A DNA stretch of 64,000 bases from positions 2,752,001 to 2,816,000 of the forward strand of contig OZ219747.1 in assembly GCA_964291265.2 (NCBI GenBank), written 5' to 3'. Numbering within the stretch: the first letter of the stretch is position 1; each line of letters starts with the position of its first letter. Both the position numbers and the translations under genes were made by a program. Positions 1 to 8,803 of the stretch are shown piece by piece. This stretch comes from Alphaproteobacteria bacterium. Lineage in GTDB: Bacteria > Pseudomonadota > Alphaproteobacteria > SP197. The notes under the pieces are model-generated. The model had not been told where the DNA came from. It saw nothing but the letters and a program-made list of their open reading frames with translations, and ran no database searches.

Positions 1-885
1 ACAGGCAACGGCCTCCAGCGTGTCCATCATCTCATCTGGTGTATCCACCGCAATGACGTTGTGGCGGCGGAAGACGGCATCCAGAATCCTCTCGTCACCG
101 GCGATGGCACCGCTGTGGGTGAAGGCGAAGGCGCGGGATGTCGCAGAACGGGCCAGCTTGAGGGCGACAAGGGGAATGCCGGCGGAGTCGGCAGCCTCGA
201 TGGCAGCGAGGAAGCGTTCACCGTCGCGCACGGTTTCCAGGACCATGGCAATGGCCGACGTGGTCTCCTCGGTGACGAGATGGTCGAGGTAGTCGGCGAC
301 GCCTGTCACGAGTTCGTTTCCGGCCGATATGCCCGTGGAAAAGTGCATGGAACGCTTGTTGGCGCCGAGGCCGGACCATGTCGAACCGCTGTGGGAGACA
401 AGGCCGACGCGGCCTGGCCGGTCCAGTCCCGGAAGATCGGACAGGGAGAGACGGACATCCGATCTGGTGTTGAAGAGGCCCATGCAGTTGGCGCCGCAGA
501 CTGCCATGCCCGCTTCCCTGGCCATGGCGGCTATCCGCCCCGGCAGTGTCCGGCCACCATCTTCCGCCGTGACCAGGCGGCCGAGCAGGACGGCGCCCTT
601 CACGCCCGCGGCGGCGGCATCCTCCATGGCTGCAGCGACGCTTGAATCCGACACCGCCATGATGGCGCAGTGAGGGGTTTCGGGAACGTCTTTCAGCGAC
701 GCATGACAGGGACGACCCAGCACCTCGTCATGACCGGGATTGATGGCAACGACGGTACCCGTGAATCGTGGTCCTGCAGCATGTTCGATGATCCGCCGGC
801 CTGCCGCGCCCTCTCTGGGGGTGGCTCCGACAACTGCCACTCTTCGCGGGTTCAGCAGCGCCTCGAGAGCCGTCATCCTCGACAT
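1..885 (-). CDS. Acetate--CoA ligase (NDP-forming acyl-CoA synthetase) family protein, 3' end outside window
   Basis: Manual translation from ATG at 885: MSRMTALEALLNPRRVAVVGAT...GANCMG...VSHSGS...SAGNE...THSGAIAG. These are CoA-binding and ligase motifs. The frame is open to position 1, so it is absent from the ORF track. Confidence 0.85.
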   Translation of the reverse strand, partial: MSRMTALEALLNPRRVAVVGATPREGAAGRRIIEHAAGPRFTGTVVAINPGHDEVLGRPCHASLKDVPETPHCAIMAVSDSSVAAAMEDAAAAGVKGAVLLGRLVTAEDGGRTLPGRIAAMAREAGMAVCGANCMGLFNTRSDVRLSLSDLPGLDRPGRVGLVSHSGSTWSGLGANKRSMHFSTGISAGNELVTGVADYLDHLVTEETTSAIAMVLETVRDGERFLAAIEAADSAGIPLVALKLARSATSRAFAFTHSGAIAGDERILDAVFRRHNVIAVDTPDEMMDTLEAVAC

Positions 886-944
886 TCCGTCTCAACACGG
901 GCATGGAACGGTCTCGCAGTCCCGGGGTCAAGAGCGAAACAGGC

Positions 945-1664
945 ATGACAGGTCGACTTATCCTGATCGGCACACCGATCGGCAATCTCGGTGACCTGTC
1001 GCCGCGCGCCCGGGACGCCCTGGGTTCGCTCGACGCCCTGGCCTGCGAGGATACCCGCCGCACGCGCACGATCCTTGAGCGTTTCGGAATCGCCCGTCCA
1101 CGCATCGTGTTGTCGTGCCACGAATACAACGAGGAACGTTCCGTCGACCGCATGGAGCGACTTCTCGACGAGGGGCTGACGGTCGGACTGGTAAGCGATG
1201 CCGGCATGCCGGGCATCAGCGATCCGGGCTATCTCGCGGTACGGATGGCAACGCGGCGCGGCTACCCGGTCGAGGTCATCCCCGGGCCCAGTGCCGTCAT
1301 CACGGCCCTGGCCGTATCAGGCCTTCCCATGTCGAGTTTTTCATTTCTCGGCTTTGCGCCCCGCAAGACAGCGAGGCGCCGCAGATTCCTGGAACCCCTA
1401 TCCGGGCTGGAGCCGACTCTCGTCCTCTTCGAATCGCCCCGGCGTCTGGGTGGCCTGCTTGCCGACGCCCTGGTGGTGCTCGGCGACCGCCGCGCCTCGG
1501 TGTCGATCGAACTCACCAAGATGTTCGAGGGAACCGAACGCGGCTGGCTCGCCGATCTCGCGGATCACTTCGCCGCGACGGTTCCGAAGGGGGAAGTCAC
1601 CGTGGTCATCGCCGGCAACAACGGGAAGTTCATCCGCACCGAGGGAAGTCAGGGACAGGGATAG
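945..1664 (+). CDS. rsmI: 16S rRNA (cytidine1402-2'-O)-methyltransferase
   Basis: GTPIGNLGDLS, ACEDTR, LVSDAGMPGISDPG, FESPRR, ELTKMFE motifs. Confidence 0.95.
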   Translation: MTGRLILIGTPIGNLGDLSPRARDALGSLDALACEDTRRTRTILERFGIARPRIVLSCHEYNEERSVDRMERLLDEGLTVGLVSDAGMPGISDPGYLAVRMATRRGYPVEVIPGPSAVITALAVSGLPMSSFSFLGFAPRKTARRRRFLEPLSGLEPTLVLFESPRRLGGLLADALVVLGDRRASVSIELTKMFEGTERGWLADLADHFAATVPKGEVTVVIAGNNGKFIRTEGSQGQG

Positions 1665-2692
1665 GTGTAGCGGCGGTGGGTTTCCTCGATGGCCTCGACC
1701 AGCTCTTCGGGCAGTTCGACATCGACGCTGGCAAGGTCGTTTGCGAGCTGTTCCTCGTTCATCGCTCCGATGATGGTCGAGGTCGTGAAGGGCTGCCGGT
1801 TGACCCAGGCCAGCGCCATGATGCCGGGATCGAGGTCGAAGCGGCGCGCCAGATCGACGTAGGCGCGGATCGCCGGTTCGGCGTTGGGCGGTCCGAGATA
1901 GCGCCGGTTCGAAGGATACATGGTCATGCGGGCGCCGGCCGGCCGGGCGCCATCGAGGTACTTGCCCGAGAGGGCCCCGGCCGCCATGGGTGCGTAGGCG
2001 AGAAGCCCGACCTGTTCATGCCGCGTGATCTCGGCGCACCCGGCCTCGAACGACCTGTTGAGCAGGCTGTAGGGATTCTGGTTCGACACGATGCGCGGCA
2101 GCCCCAGGGTCTCGGAGAGATGGAGGAAGCGCATGGTGCCCCAGGGCGTCTCGTTGGAGATGCCGATGAATCGCACCTTGCCAGCCTTCACGATACCGTC
2201 GAGGGCCTCCAGGGCCTCCTCGAGAGGTGTCCAGTCATCGGTCTCGCAATAGCGGTATCCCAGGCGCCCGAAGAAGGTCGTGGGTCGTTCCGGCCAGTGA
2301 AGCTGGTAGAGATCCACGTAGTCGGTCTGCAGGCGCCGGAGACTGGCATCGATGGCCCGCTCGACATGCCATCTCGTAAAGCGCGGCTTGCCATCGCGGA
2401 TGTAGGAGAAGTGATCGCCCGGCCCGGCAATCTTCGAGGCGAGGATCACCCGGTCGCGGTTGGTCCGGCCCTTCAGCCATGTGCCGATGACCTCCTCGCT
2501 TCTGCCGTAGTGCTCGGCGCTTGACGGCACCGCATACATCTCGGCGGTATCGATGAAATTCACGCCGTGTTCGAAGGCCTGGTCCATCTGCCGGTGACCC
2601 TCGGCCTCGGTGCTGTTGCTGCCCCAGTTCATGCTGCCGAGACACAGCAGTGAGACCTCGACCCCGGTACGTCCAAGTTGCCGATACTTCAT
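1649..2692 (-). CDS. Aldo/keto reductase, Tas-like
   Basis: MKYRQLGRTG...GVNFIDTAEMY...DYVDLYQLHWPER...IGISNETPWG; start set at ATG 2692. Confidence 0.9.
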   Translation of the reverse strand: MKYRQLGRTGVEVSLLCLGSMNWGSNSTEAEGHRQMDQAFEHGVNFIDTAEMYAVPSSAEHYGRSEEVIGTWLKGRTNRDRVILASKIAGPGDHFSYIRDGKPRFTRWHVERAIDASLRRLQTDYVDLYQLHWPERPTTFFGRLGYRYCETDDWTPLEEALEALDGIVKAGKVRFIGISNETPWGTMRFLHLSETLGLPRIVSNQNPYSLLNRSFEAGCAEITRHEQVGLLAYAPMAAGALSGKYLDGARPAGARMTMYPSNRRYLGPPNAEPAIRAYVDLARRFDLDPGIMALAWVNRQPFTTSTIIGAMNEEQLANDLASVDVELPEELVEAIEETHRRYTYPCP

Positions 2693-3319
2693 GCTGACCG
2701 GATTTCCTTCCCTGATGCGGGCGTCATCATGGACCGGGCTCCCCGCACCGTCCACCACCGCCGCGCAATCGGGAGGCCCACCAGGGGCACGGCATGGCAC
2801 ATCGATGTTGGCGAGGACGGGAATGTGCCACGCGTGATGTCGATGCCCCTCTCCGCCGAGGCCTCGTTCGAGACCTTCGACAAGGGACAAGGGGCGCATC
2901 GAGCGTGAGCCACCGTGCCGTGCTCGACATCTCCGGCGCTCACGTGACGACTGTGCCGCTCACCGCGGTTGCCGCCAGGCCGCCTGCCTGGAGCGTGAAC
3001 GCGAGGTCCGCAAGGCGCGAGAGCGCAGCCTCCGGTCAACCCGGTGCCTCGCCTCACCCGGTCTCGAACGCGCCGGACCGGGGGTGCTTCCGGCGCTCGC
3101 CGAACGACCATCGGGTCATGGAGAGTCGCCCTCGCTGCGGACGCGACGTTGCCCGCGACAGGAACCGCTGCAGGGTCCATGTCATCTGCCGCGCCACCTC
3201 TCCCGCCTGACGAACGCCGCCATCGCCATCGTTCGCTCACGGCGGATGCTTGAGCTCCGTGTCCGCGACAACCGGCATGACGCCGCCCGCACCCGGGACG
3301 CACGCGACGCGATCCTTGC

Positions 3320-3705
3320 CCGAAGTTCCAGCACCGATCAGACGTATCGTTATGAATGTATTGACGTTTGGGAGAATCTGGTGTGTCGCTACTGGGAACG
3401 CTAGAGGCGCACGCCGAGGTGGTTCAGGGCCTCTTTCTGGAGCGTCGTGGGCCGCATGGTGACCTGGAAGGGCCGCGGGGTTTCGACTTTCTTCATGGGC
3501 CAGGAGGAGAGATTGTTGGCGGGGGGCTCATGCGGTTGGGGACGATGTCTGTGTACATGGCAACGTATATGAGGGCGACAGCCGCCTGTGTCAACAGAGT
3601 GTTTCACCGTTACATGGGAACTTCTGCATGTCGCTTCTGTGCGATTTTATCAGTAAGATCAACTAGTTGATGTGGTTGTAGCGCTGGAATCGTCCGGAAC
3701 TTCGG
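3320..3705 (-). mobile_element. 386-bp MITE derived from an IS1634-family element (copy 1)
   Basis: 10-bp terminal inverted repeats CCGAAGTTCC/GGAACTTCGG and 6-bp TSD CCTTGC (3314-3319, 3706-3711). Internal remnants resemble a transposase N-terminus (MYxDIVPNR) and C-terminus (RPTTLQKEALNHLGVRL). Paralog at 17937-18322. Confidence 0.85.
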
Positions 3706-3948
3706 CCTTGCCTTGCCCGGAGGATGAATTGCCACTCCTCACCCCTGAGCGATGCGCCGGGAAGGCGCCGCCGGACGGCGCGACAAGGTGAGCCGTGCCC
3801 GAGCAGCCCTGATGCACCAGAAGTTGCCGCTGACAGCGGCACGCAGGGAACCCCGGGGTGCGTCTCAGGCATGCCCGATCCCTGCCAAATCAGCACTGAG
3901 GGCTCGACAACAAGATTCTGTTAGTGACGGCCGGAGCGCCGTCACTAA

Positions 3949-5610
3949 GGGTGTGAGTTTAGTATGGCAGTTATGCGCTTAAGTTATGGGCTTAGTTCAA
4001 TTGTTTCATCTCATGCGGCCAGCGCCGGGGTGTGATGTGGGTTGATGTTGTCGTTGGCTGGTGCGTCGTCTGCCCCGATCATGGCTGTCCACGCGCTCTC
4101 GAAGCGGCCGGATTTGATGAGGGCGCGGAAGGTGAGAACGGCTTGTCCGCCGACGATGCGCCAGCGCATGCCGGAGCGCTTCATGCGCTGTGTGACGAGG
4201 GTCTTGTTGGCTGCCTCGACAACTCCCGAGCCGATGGCGATCCCCTGTTGCTTCAGTGCGTGGTAGCGCATGCGGTGGCGATGCTTGCGGAAGAAGGCCA
4301 GTTCCCTGTCGATGTCGGCTCGGCCCGCCGGCTTGGCGGTGTCGCGAAGGTGGCGCAGCGCCCGGATCACCTTGTCGATGCCGCGGGGGTCGTGACGCAG
4401 GATCTCGCGGTACTTCTCGAACCAGTGGGGCGCCGCTGCATGGTCGGCCGCCACGCGCAGATGCTCGCAGGCATGCCAGAAGTCGATCACCTCGGTTTCG
4501 GGTTCAAGACCAGAGAGGAAGGTCCAGTTGTCGGCGGCGGCGTCGGCGATGGCGCTGATCCTGATCTCGGGACGCTTGCGCCTGATATGCGCGACCTCGC
4601 TTGCCAGCTGCGCCTTCAGCGTGCACTTGCCGCGCTCGGGCATGCGGCCGAGATAGACGGTCTTCAGGCGCTCACCGTCGGCGTCGTGGAAGGAGACTGT
4701 GCCACAGGCCGCCTCGCGCCAGCAGGCCTCGCTACGGCCGTCCTCGCCGGCCCGCAGCGCCACCATGACGCCGTCGAGCGAGACCGAGGCGGTGACCGCG
4801 TCCTGCGGAATGTCCTCGGCTTCCCGGATGCCATCCAGGGCCTGCGGGCCGAGACCTTCCCAACGCTCCTGCATGGTCAGGCTCAAGCGCTGCAAGGTGC
4901 TCACAGACGGCGTCATGGCGCCGAGCTTGCCGAAGAACGCTTCCGCTTCCCGCGCCGTGCAGTGGACCATCATCATCAGCCCAAGCTGAGCCGCCGGCCG
5001 TGTCAGGTAGTCGTCGACGAGGCCCAGGCTTTCGTCCACCGGCATCAACGACCGGCGGTGCCCGCCGGTACGGTAGCGCGCACGCTGAAAGGTCACCGGG
5101 CCGAGCGAGGTCATGATCGTCTTCGGCGTCGGCGCCACACGGAACCAGTTCTGCCCGTCCCGTTCGATCCGCGGCGCACCGTCGTCCCGGGCCTCGGCAC
5201 AGGCACCCAGGATCTCGCAACCAAGCGCGTGCACGCTCTCAAGCACCCGCCGCTCCGCTTCCTCGAAGGCCTCGGCAGAGCACTCTGAACCGAGCTGTCG
5301 ATGACACACCGCGGTCACTTGCGTGACCGCTTCGACAACCCGAGGCGGCAAGCCGAGAAGATCGATGGACGCGGAAGGCCGAAGCTGTGACACTGACATG
5401 GGAGCGCTCCTGATGTTGTGGTTTCAAGCTAGCATCATATCGCATCTTGCGGTGCGGAGCGTTCCCGCATCCACCGCCAAGCCCTGCTGTCGTGACAAAA
5501 TCCGGTCCTGAAACGGGCAATTGTCACGAAACCCCGTTTTCGCCGCTCCATCGCGACCGTACAACCGTGATAAATCAATGACTTGGCTTCTCCATACGAG
5601 AACTGCACCC
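3949..5610 (-). mobile_element. ISKra4/IS256-superfamily-like insertion sequence, 1662 bp
   Basis: Imperfect TIRs GGGTGTGAGTTTAGTATGG / CCATACGAGAACTGCACCC; 8-bp TSD GTCACTAA at 3941-3948 and 5611-5618. Confidence 0.85.
4011..5399 (-). CDS. ISKra4-like (UPF0236-type) DDE transposase
   Basis: SLDGVMV, IADAAADNW, DFWHACEHL, IGSGVVEAANK, RMKRSGMRW motifs; 462 aa intact. Confidence 0.85.
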   Translation of the reverse strand: MSVSQLRPSASIDLLGLPPRVVEAVTQVTAVCHRQLGSECSAEAFEEAERRVLESVHALGCEILGACAEARDDGAPRIERDGQNWFRVAPTPKTIMTSLGPVTFQRARYRTGGHRRSLMPVDESLGLVDDYLTRPAAQLGLMMMVHCTAREAEAFFGKLGAMTPSVSTLQRLSLTMQERWEGLGPQALDGIREAEDIPQDAVTASVSLDGVMVALRAGEDGRSEACWREAACGTVSFHDADGERLKTVYLGRMPERGKCTLKAQLASEVAHIRRKRPEIRISAIADAAADNWTFLSGLEPETEVIDFWHACEHLRVAADHAAAPHWFEKYREILRHDPRGIDKVIRALRHLRDTAKPAGRADIDRELAFFRKHRHRMRYHALKQQGIAIGSGVVEAANKTLVTQRMKRSGMRWRIVGGQAVLTFRALIKSGRFESAWTAMIGADDAPANDNINPHHTPALAA

Positions 5611-5977
5611 GTCACTAACCCGGTTCCGTCACCAAGGGGGAATGATAGTGGAATGGATTTCGCGGAAGACGAGCGCTGATGGAGAAGCACGAAGACTCCG
5701 GCGGCGGATTGAGGTCTGTCTCCCACGCCCGACGGGAAGACTGCCGTCATGGCGTTGGGCGACCGTCCCGCTGCTCTGCTCCTCGGACGATGGGCCTTGT
5801 GCTCGGTCAAAATGAGAGGTAAGACGAATGGGTACGGTAACCGGGTGTTGCCGGCTGGCCGACGGTTTCATCCGGGACACCCCGATGGAACTTGGGTGAC
5901 GCGATCTACCGGCGGTTCCTGCGATTGGTTTTCGAGTGTCGGCTGCTCGGTCCAGCAAACGAAGGGAGAAGAATCAC

Positions 5978-6187
5978 ATGGAGCGGGAATCAACACGCCG
6001 AAACTCAACGTCAGGACGCGAACAGCAGCACGCCGAAATGCTCGAGGCCGCGCTCGCTCAGCCGGGGGTTTGGGAAGTGATGGAGGTTCACCGGGGTTGG
6101 CAGGCGGCTGACCGGGGCTTAAACATCTATCGCTCCGCCACGAAAGAGGCGCGGTTGACGACTACGACGACCTCTTCCAATTTCTAA
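5978..6187 (+). CDS. Small hypothetical protein upstream of the Clp-fold protease
   Basis: GGGAG RBS upstream of ATG 5978; 69 aa; ends 27 nt before the next gene. Confidence 0.5.
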   Translation: MERESTRRNSTSGREQQHAEMLEAALAQPGVWEVMEVHRGWQAADRGLNIYRSATKEARLTTTTTSSNF

Positions 6188-6214
6188 CGAACTGAAAGCG
6201 AGAGGGATGTCGCA

Positions 6215-7216
6215 GTGCCGATCTGGAGCCATATCCTCAAGGAACTGGAGCAAACGGATACACAGAATGGTATGGTGGATTTCGACCGTGTTCGTCGAAC
6301 TTACCTTGCCAGGTTGCATCAACATACCGGACGGAATGTGATTCTCTATGCATCCGGGTGGCTCCAAAAAAATGAGGAGGCGCCAGCACTGTTTTCCATT
6401 GGCGATGAAGATGTTCAGGCGTTCATGGAAGTCAGTTACGAATTGGAAGGCGATCAGCTTGATCTGATCCTGCACAGCCCGGGTGGTTCTCCCGAAGCGA
6501 CCGAAGCGGTTGTCTTGTATTTGAGACAGCGGTTCTCCAACATTCGTGTGATCGTGCCGCAACTTGCAATGTCCGCGGCTACAATGATTGCCTGCGCCGC
6601 CGACGACATCGTACTCGGTAAGCATTCGTTTCTCGGCCCGACCGATCCGCAGGTCTTGTTGCAGACATCCTTGGGTTTAAGGGGGGTCCCCGCTCAGGTG
6701 GTGCTGGATCAGTTTGACCGGGCGCAACGGGAGTGCGCAGACCCGGCAAAGCTCTCCGCTTGGTTGCCAATGTTGGGACAATACGGGCCGGACCTCCTGG
6801 TTCAGTGCGAGTCCGCCTTGGAAATGTCGAGGGATCTGGTGAAAACCTGGCTCGAAACTTACATGTTCAAGTGCGATAAGGATCGATCGGGGAAGGCGGA
6901 GAGTGTGGCCGAGTGGCTGGCCGGTCACGGGAACTTCAAGAGCCATTCGAGACATATTCCCCGAACAGAAATTGAGGAGCGCAAATTAGCGGTGTCTCGG
7001 CTGGAACAAGATCAGGATCTTCAGGACTTGGCGCTTTCCGTGTTTCACGCGACGACGCACACTTTCTCTGGCACTCCTGCGGCCAAAATCGTCGAGAACC
7101 ACAAGGGTCGCGCCTTCATCAAGCGTTTCGCGGTCACTCCGATGCCTGCCGTCCAGATCGGCGTCGCACAGCCAGGTCCAGGAGCACCATCGCCGCTCCC
7201 AAGTTCACCGGAATAA
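6215..7216 (+). CDS. SDH-family ClpP-fold serine protease
   Basis: DLILHSPGG, AMSAATMIA (Ser nucleophile), LGPTDPQ, HSRHI motifs; visibly more AT-rich than the flanks. Confidence 0.8.
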   Translation: MPIWSHILKELEQTDTQNGMVDFDRVRRTYLARLHQHTGRNVILYASGWLQKNEEAPALFSIGDEDVQAFMEVSYELEGDQLDLILHSPGGSPEATEAVVLYLRQRFSNIRVIVPQLAMSAATMIACAADDIVLGKHSFLGPTDPQVLLQTSLGLRGVPAQVVLDQFDRAQRECADPAKLSAWLPMLGQYGPDLLVQCESALEMSRDLVKTWLETYMFKCDKDRSGKAESVAEWLAGHGNFKSHSRHIPRTEIEERKLAVSRLEQDQDLQDLALSVFHATTHTFSGTPAAKIVENHKGRAFIKRFAVTPMPAVQIGVAQPGPGAPSPLPSSPE

Positions 7217-7272
7217 ACGAATAGAGGGGCTCGTCAATGCCTGTCCACTGCAGGAAGTTCATTAAGAGTTTG

Positions 7273-7406
7273 ATAACTACTCACCCCTTGTTGGGGTCTG
7301 GTTGTCCGTAGTGCTCATTGAGGATGTCTACGGCCTTTTCGTCGAAGGCGATCTGGATGGCAACGGGAGGGTTGTAGCCGATTGCGTCCATGGAGGTGAG
7401 GAAGCA
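7273..7406 (-). mobile_element. IS66-family 3' end remnant
   Basis: Manual translation FLTSMDAIGYNPPVAIQIAF...KG-stop resembles an IS66 transposase C-terminus; followed by end-like GGGGTGAGTAGTTAT. Confidence 0.5.
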
Positions 7407-8124
7407 TCAGATGTCCTGACTTCGAGAGTGTTAGTGGTCAAGAAGCGTGAACCCCTGGCGACCGCTCAGGCGGGCTTCTCGGGCAGTTCGTAGAACATGC
7501 GGAGTTCGGTTCCTGGAAAGCGTGTGCGGGTATCGTTGAGTTCCTGCAGCAGCCAACCCTGCGATGGCGTCGTCGTCGGCGTTGCATGCGGTTCCGAGGA
7601 TGCGTATCCGGAGGATTCCCCGTTCGGGGTCGGGGAGGATATCGGCGTCGGCCTGCAGGAGTGCGCGGAGGTGTCTTCGCGGTCGCTGTTTCTTGCCCTG
7701 CTCCCTGGCCACGGCCGCCATCATCCGGGTTTCGGCGCGGTAGGCGATCATGCGCAGGATGTCGAGCCAGTGCCGTTCCCGGGACGCCAGGGCATCGAGG
7801 GCCTGATCGTCTCTGAGATCCTTGATGCGGACATGCTTCGGGGTCTCCTTGCGTTCTTGTTGCAGGGTCTTGATCCTGGCTTCGAGTGTCTCCTTCTCGG
7901 CCTGCAGTTGTCCGACTTTCCGGAGGATTGCGTTGGAGGGTTCGGGCTTGCGTTCCAGTTCGGCGATCCGGTTGCGGAGCGTGCCGAGTGCCTGCCGGCG
8001 GCGGCGCAGCTCGCGGTCCCTGTTGCGCCAGTCCGGGTTGATGACCTGTGCGTCCGGATCCTGGGGGACCAGACCGTGCACCGGCAGGGAGTCGAGGTGG
8101 AATTCTTCCCGGGCATACTTGAAG
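7407..8124 (-). pseudogene. C-terminal fragment of a putative transposase (RMIAYRAET family), frameshifted
   Basis: FKYAREEFHLDSL...VINPDWR...ILRMIAYRAETRM...ADILPDPERGILRIRIL, then ELNDTRTRFPGTELRMFY in a shifted frame; terminal motif GTCAGGACATCTGA at 7407-7420. Confidence 0.7.
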
Positions 8125-8483
8125 ATCTCAAGGCCCAGCAGTACAGGGCCCGTCTCGTCGTCCGGATTCGGGAATTTTTCGAACACCACGATGCGCTGTG
8201 CCTGCCGACCCTGCCCGTCGCTGCCCCGGCATTCGGGGAAACGGATCTCACCGTTGGCGCAAGACGGATCTCCGCGCAGGACGCCATGACGGTGATGCCG
8301 TGGATCGCCAATCTGACCGGCCTGCCGGCAGTCTCCGTCCCCTCGGGACGCAATGCAGCGGGGCTGCCGGTTGCGCTGACCCTCATGGGCCGCCCCTTCG
8401 GGGAAGAGGCCATTCTCGACATGGCCGCAACGTTCCAGTCCGTCACGGACTGGCATACCCTCAAGCCCGGCATGGTGACATGA
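8125..8483 (+). pseudogene. Amidase (GatA-like) 3' fragment, truncated by the transposase remnant
   Basis: DALCLPTLP...ANLTGLPAVSVPSG...GLPVALTLMGRPFGEEAIL...DWH is an amidase C-terminus. Confidence 0.8.
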
Positions 8484-8803
8484 CTTCCGGCTCCGCTGCA
8501 AGCGTTGTGGTGGAGAGGGCCTTTGCCCGGATGGACCGATGCCGGTGGCCAGGCAGCGCTCCGGGGCGAGTTCCCTGGCCCGGGCCAGGATGGCGACTTG
8601 CCGGTTCGCCATGCGATGGGTGGCACGGGAGTCCAAGTACATGAATCCAGACAATACAACGTCATCAAAGACTGATGATTCACACTCCGAGTCCTGCCCG
8701 CCCGCCGAGGGGAAAACGGACCTGGGAGCGAACCTCGCAGCGAGCAGAACGCTTCAGACTGGCATCACAAGAGGCTGGCATCACAAGAGGAAGGAGTGAG
8801 TCC

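Noticed and set aside
2700-3310. Possible gene or ncRNA in the intergenic stretches 2700-3310 and 15960-16570
   Set aside because: No convincing ORF, motif or RNA structure could be supported by eye.
7431-8654. 407-aa and 328-aa ORFs spanning 7431-8654 as real genes
   Set aside because: They are chimeras of a transposase remnant and an amidase fragment on opposite strands.
8759-8790. 16-bp tandem repeat CTGGCATCACAAGAGG x2 before the S8 gene as a regulatory element
   Set aside because: Only two units and no supporting context; simple slippage explains it.
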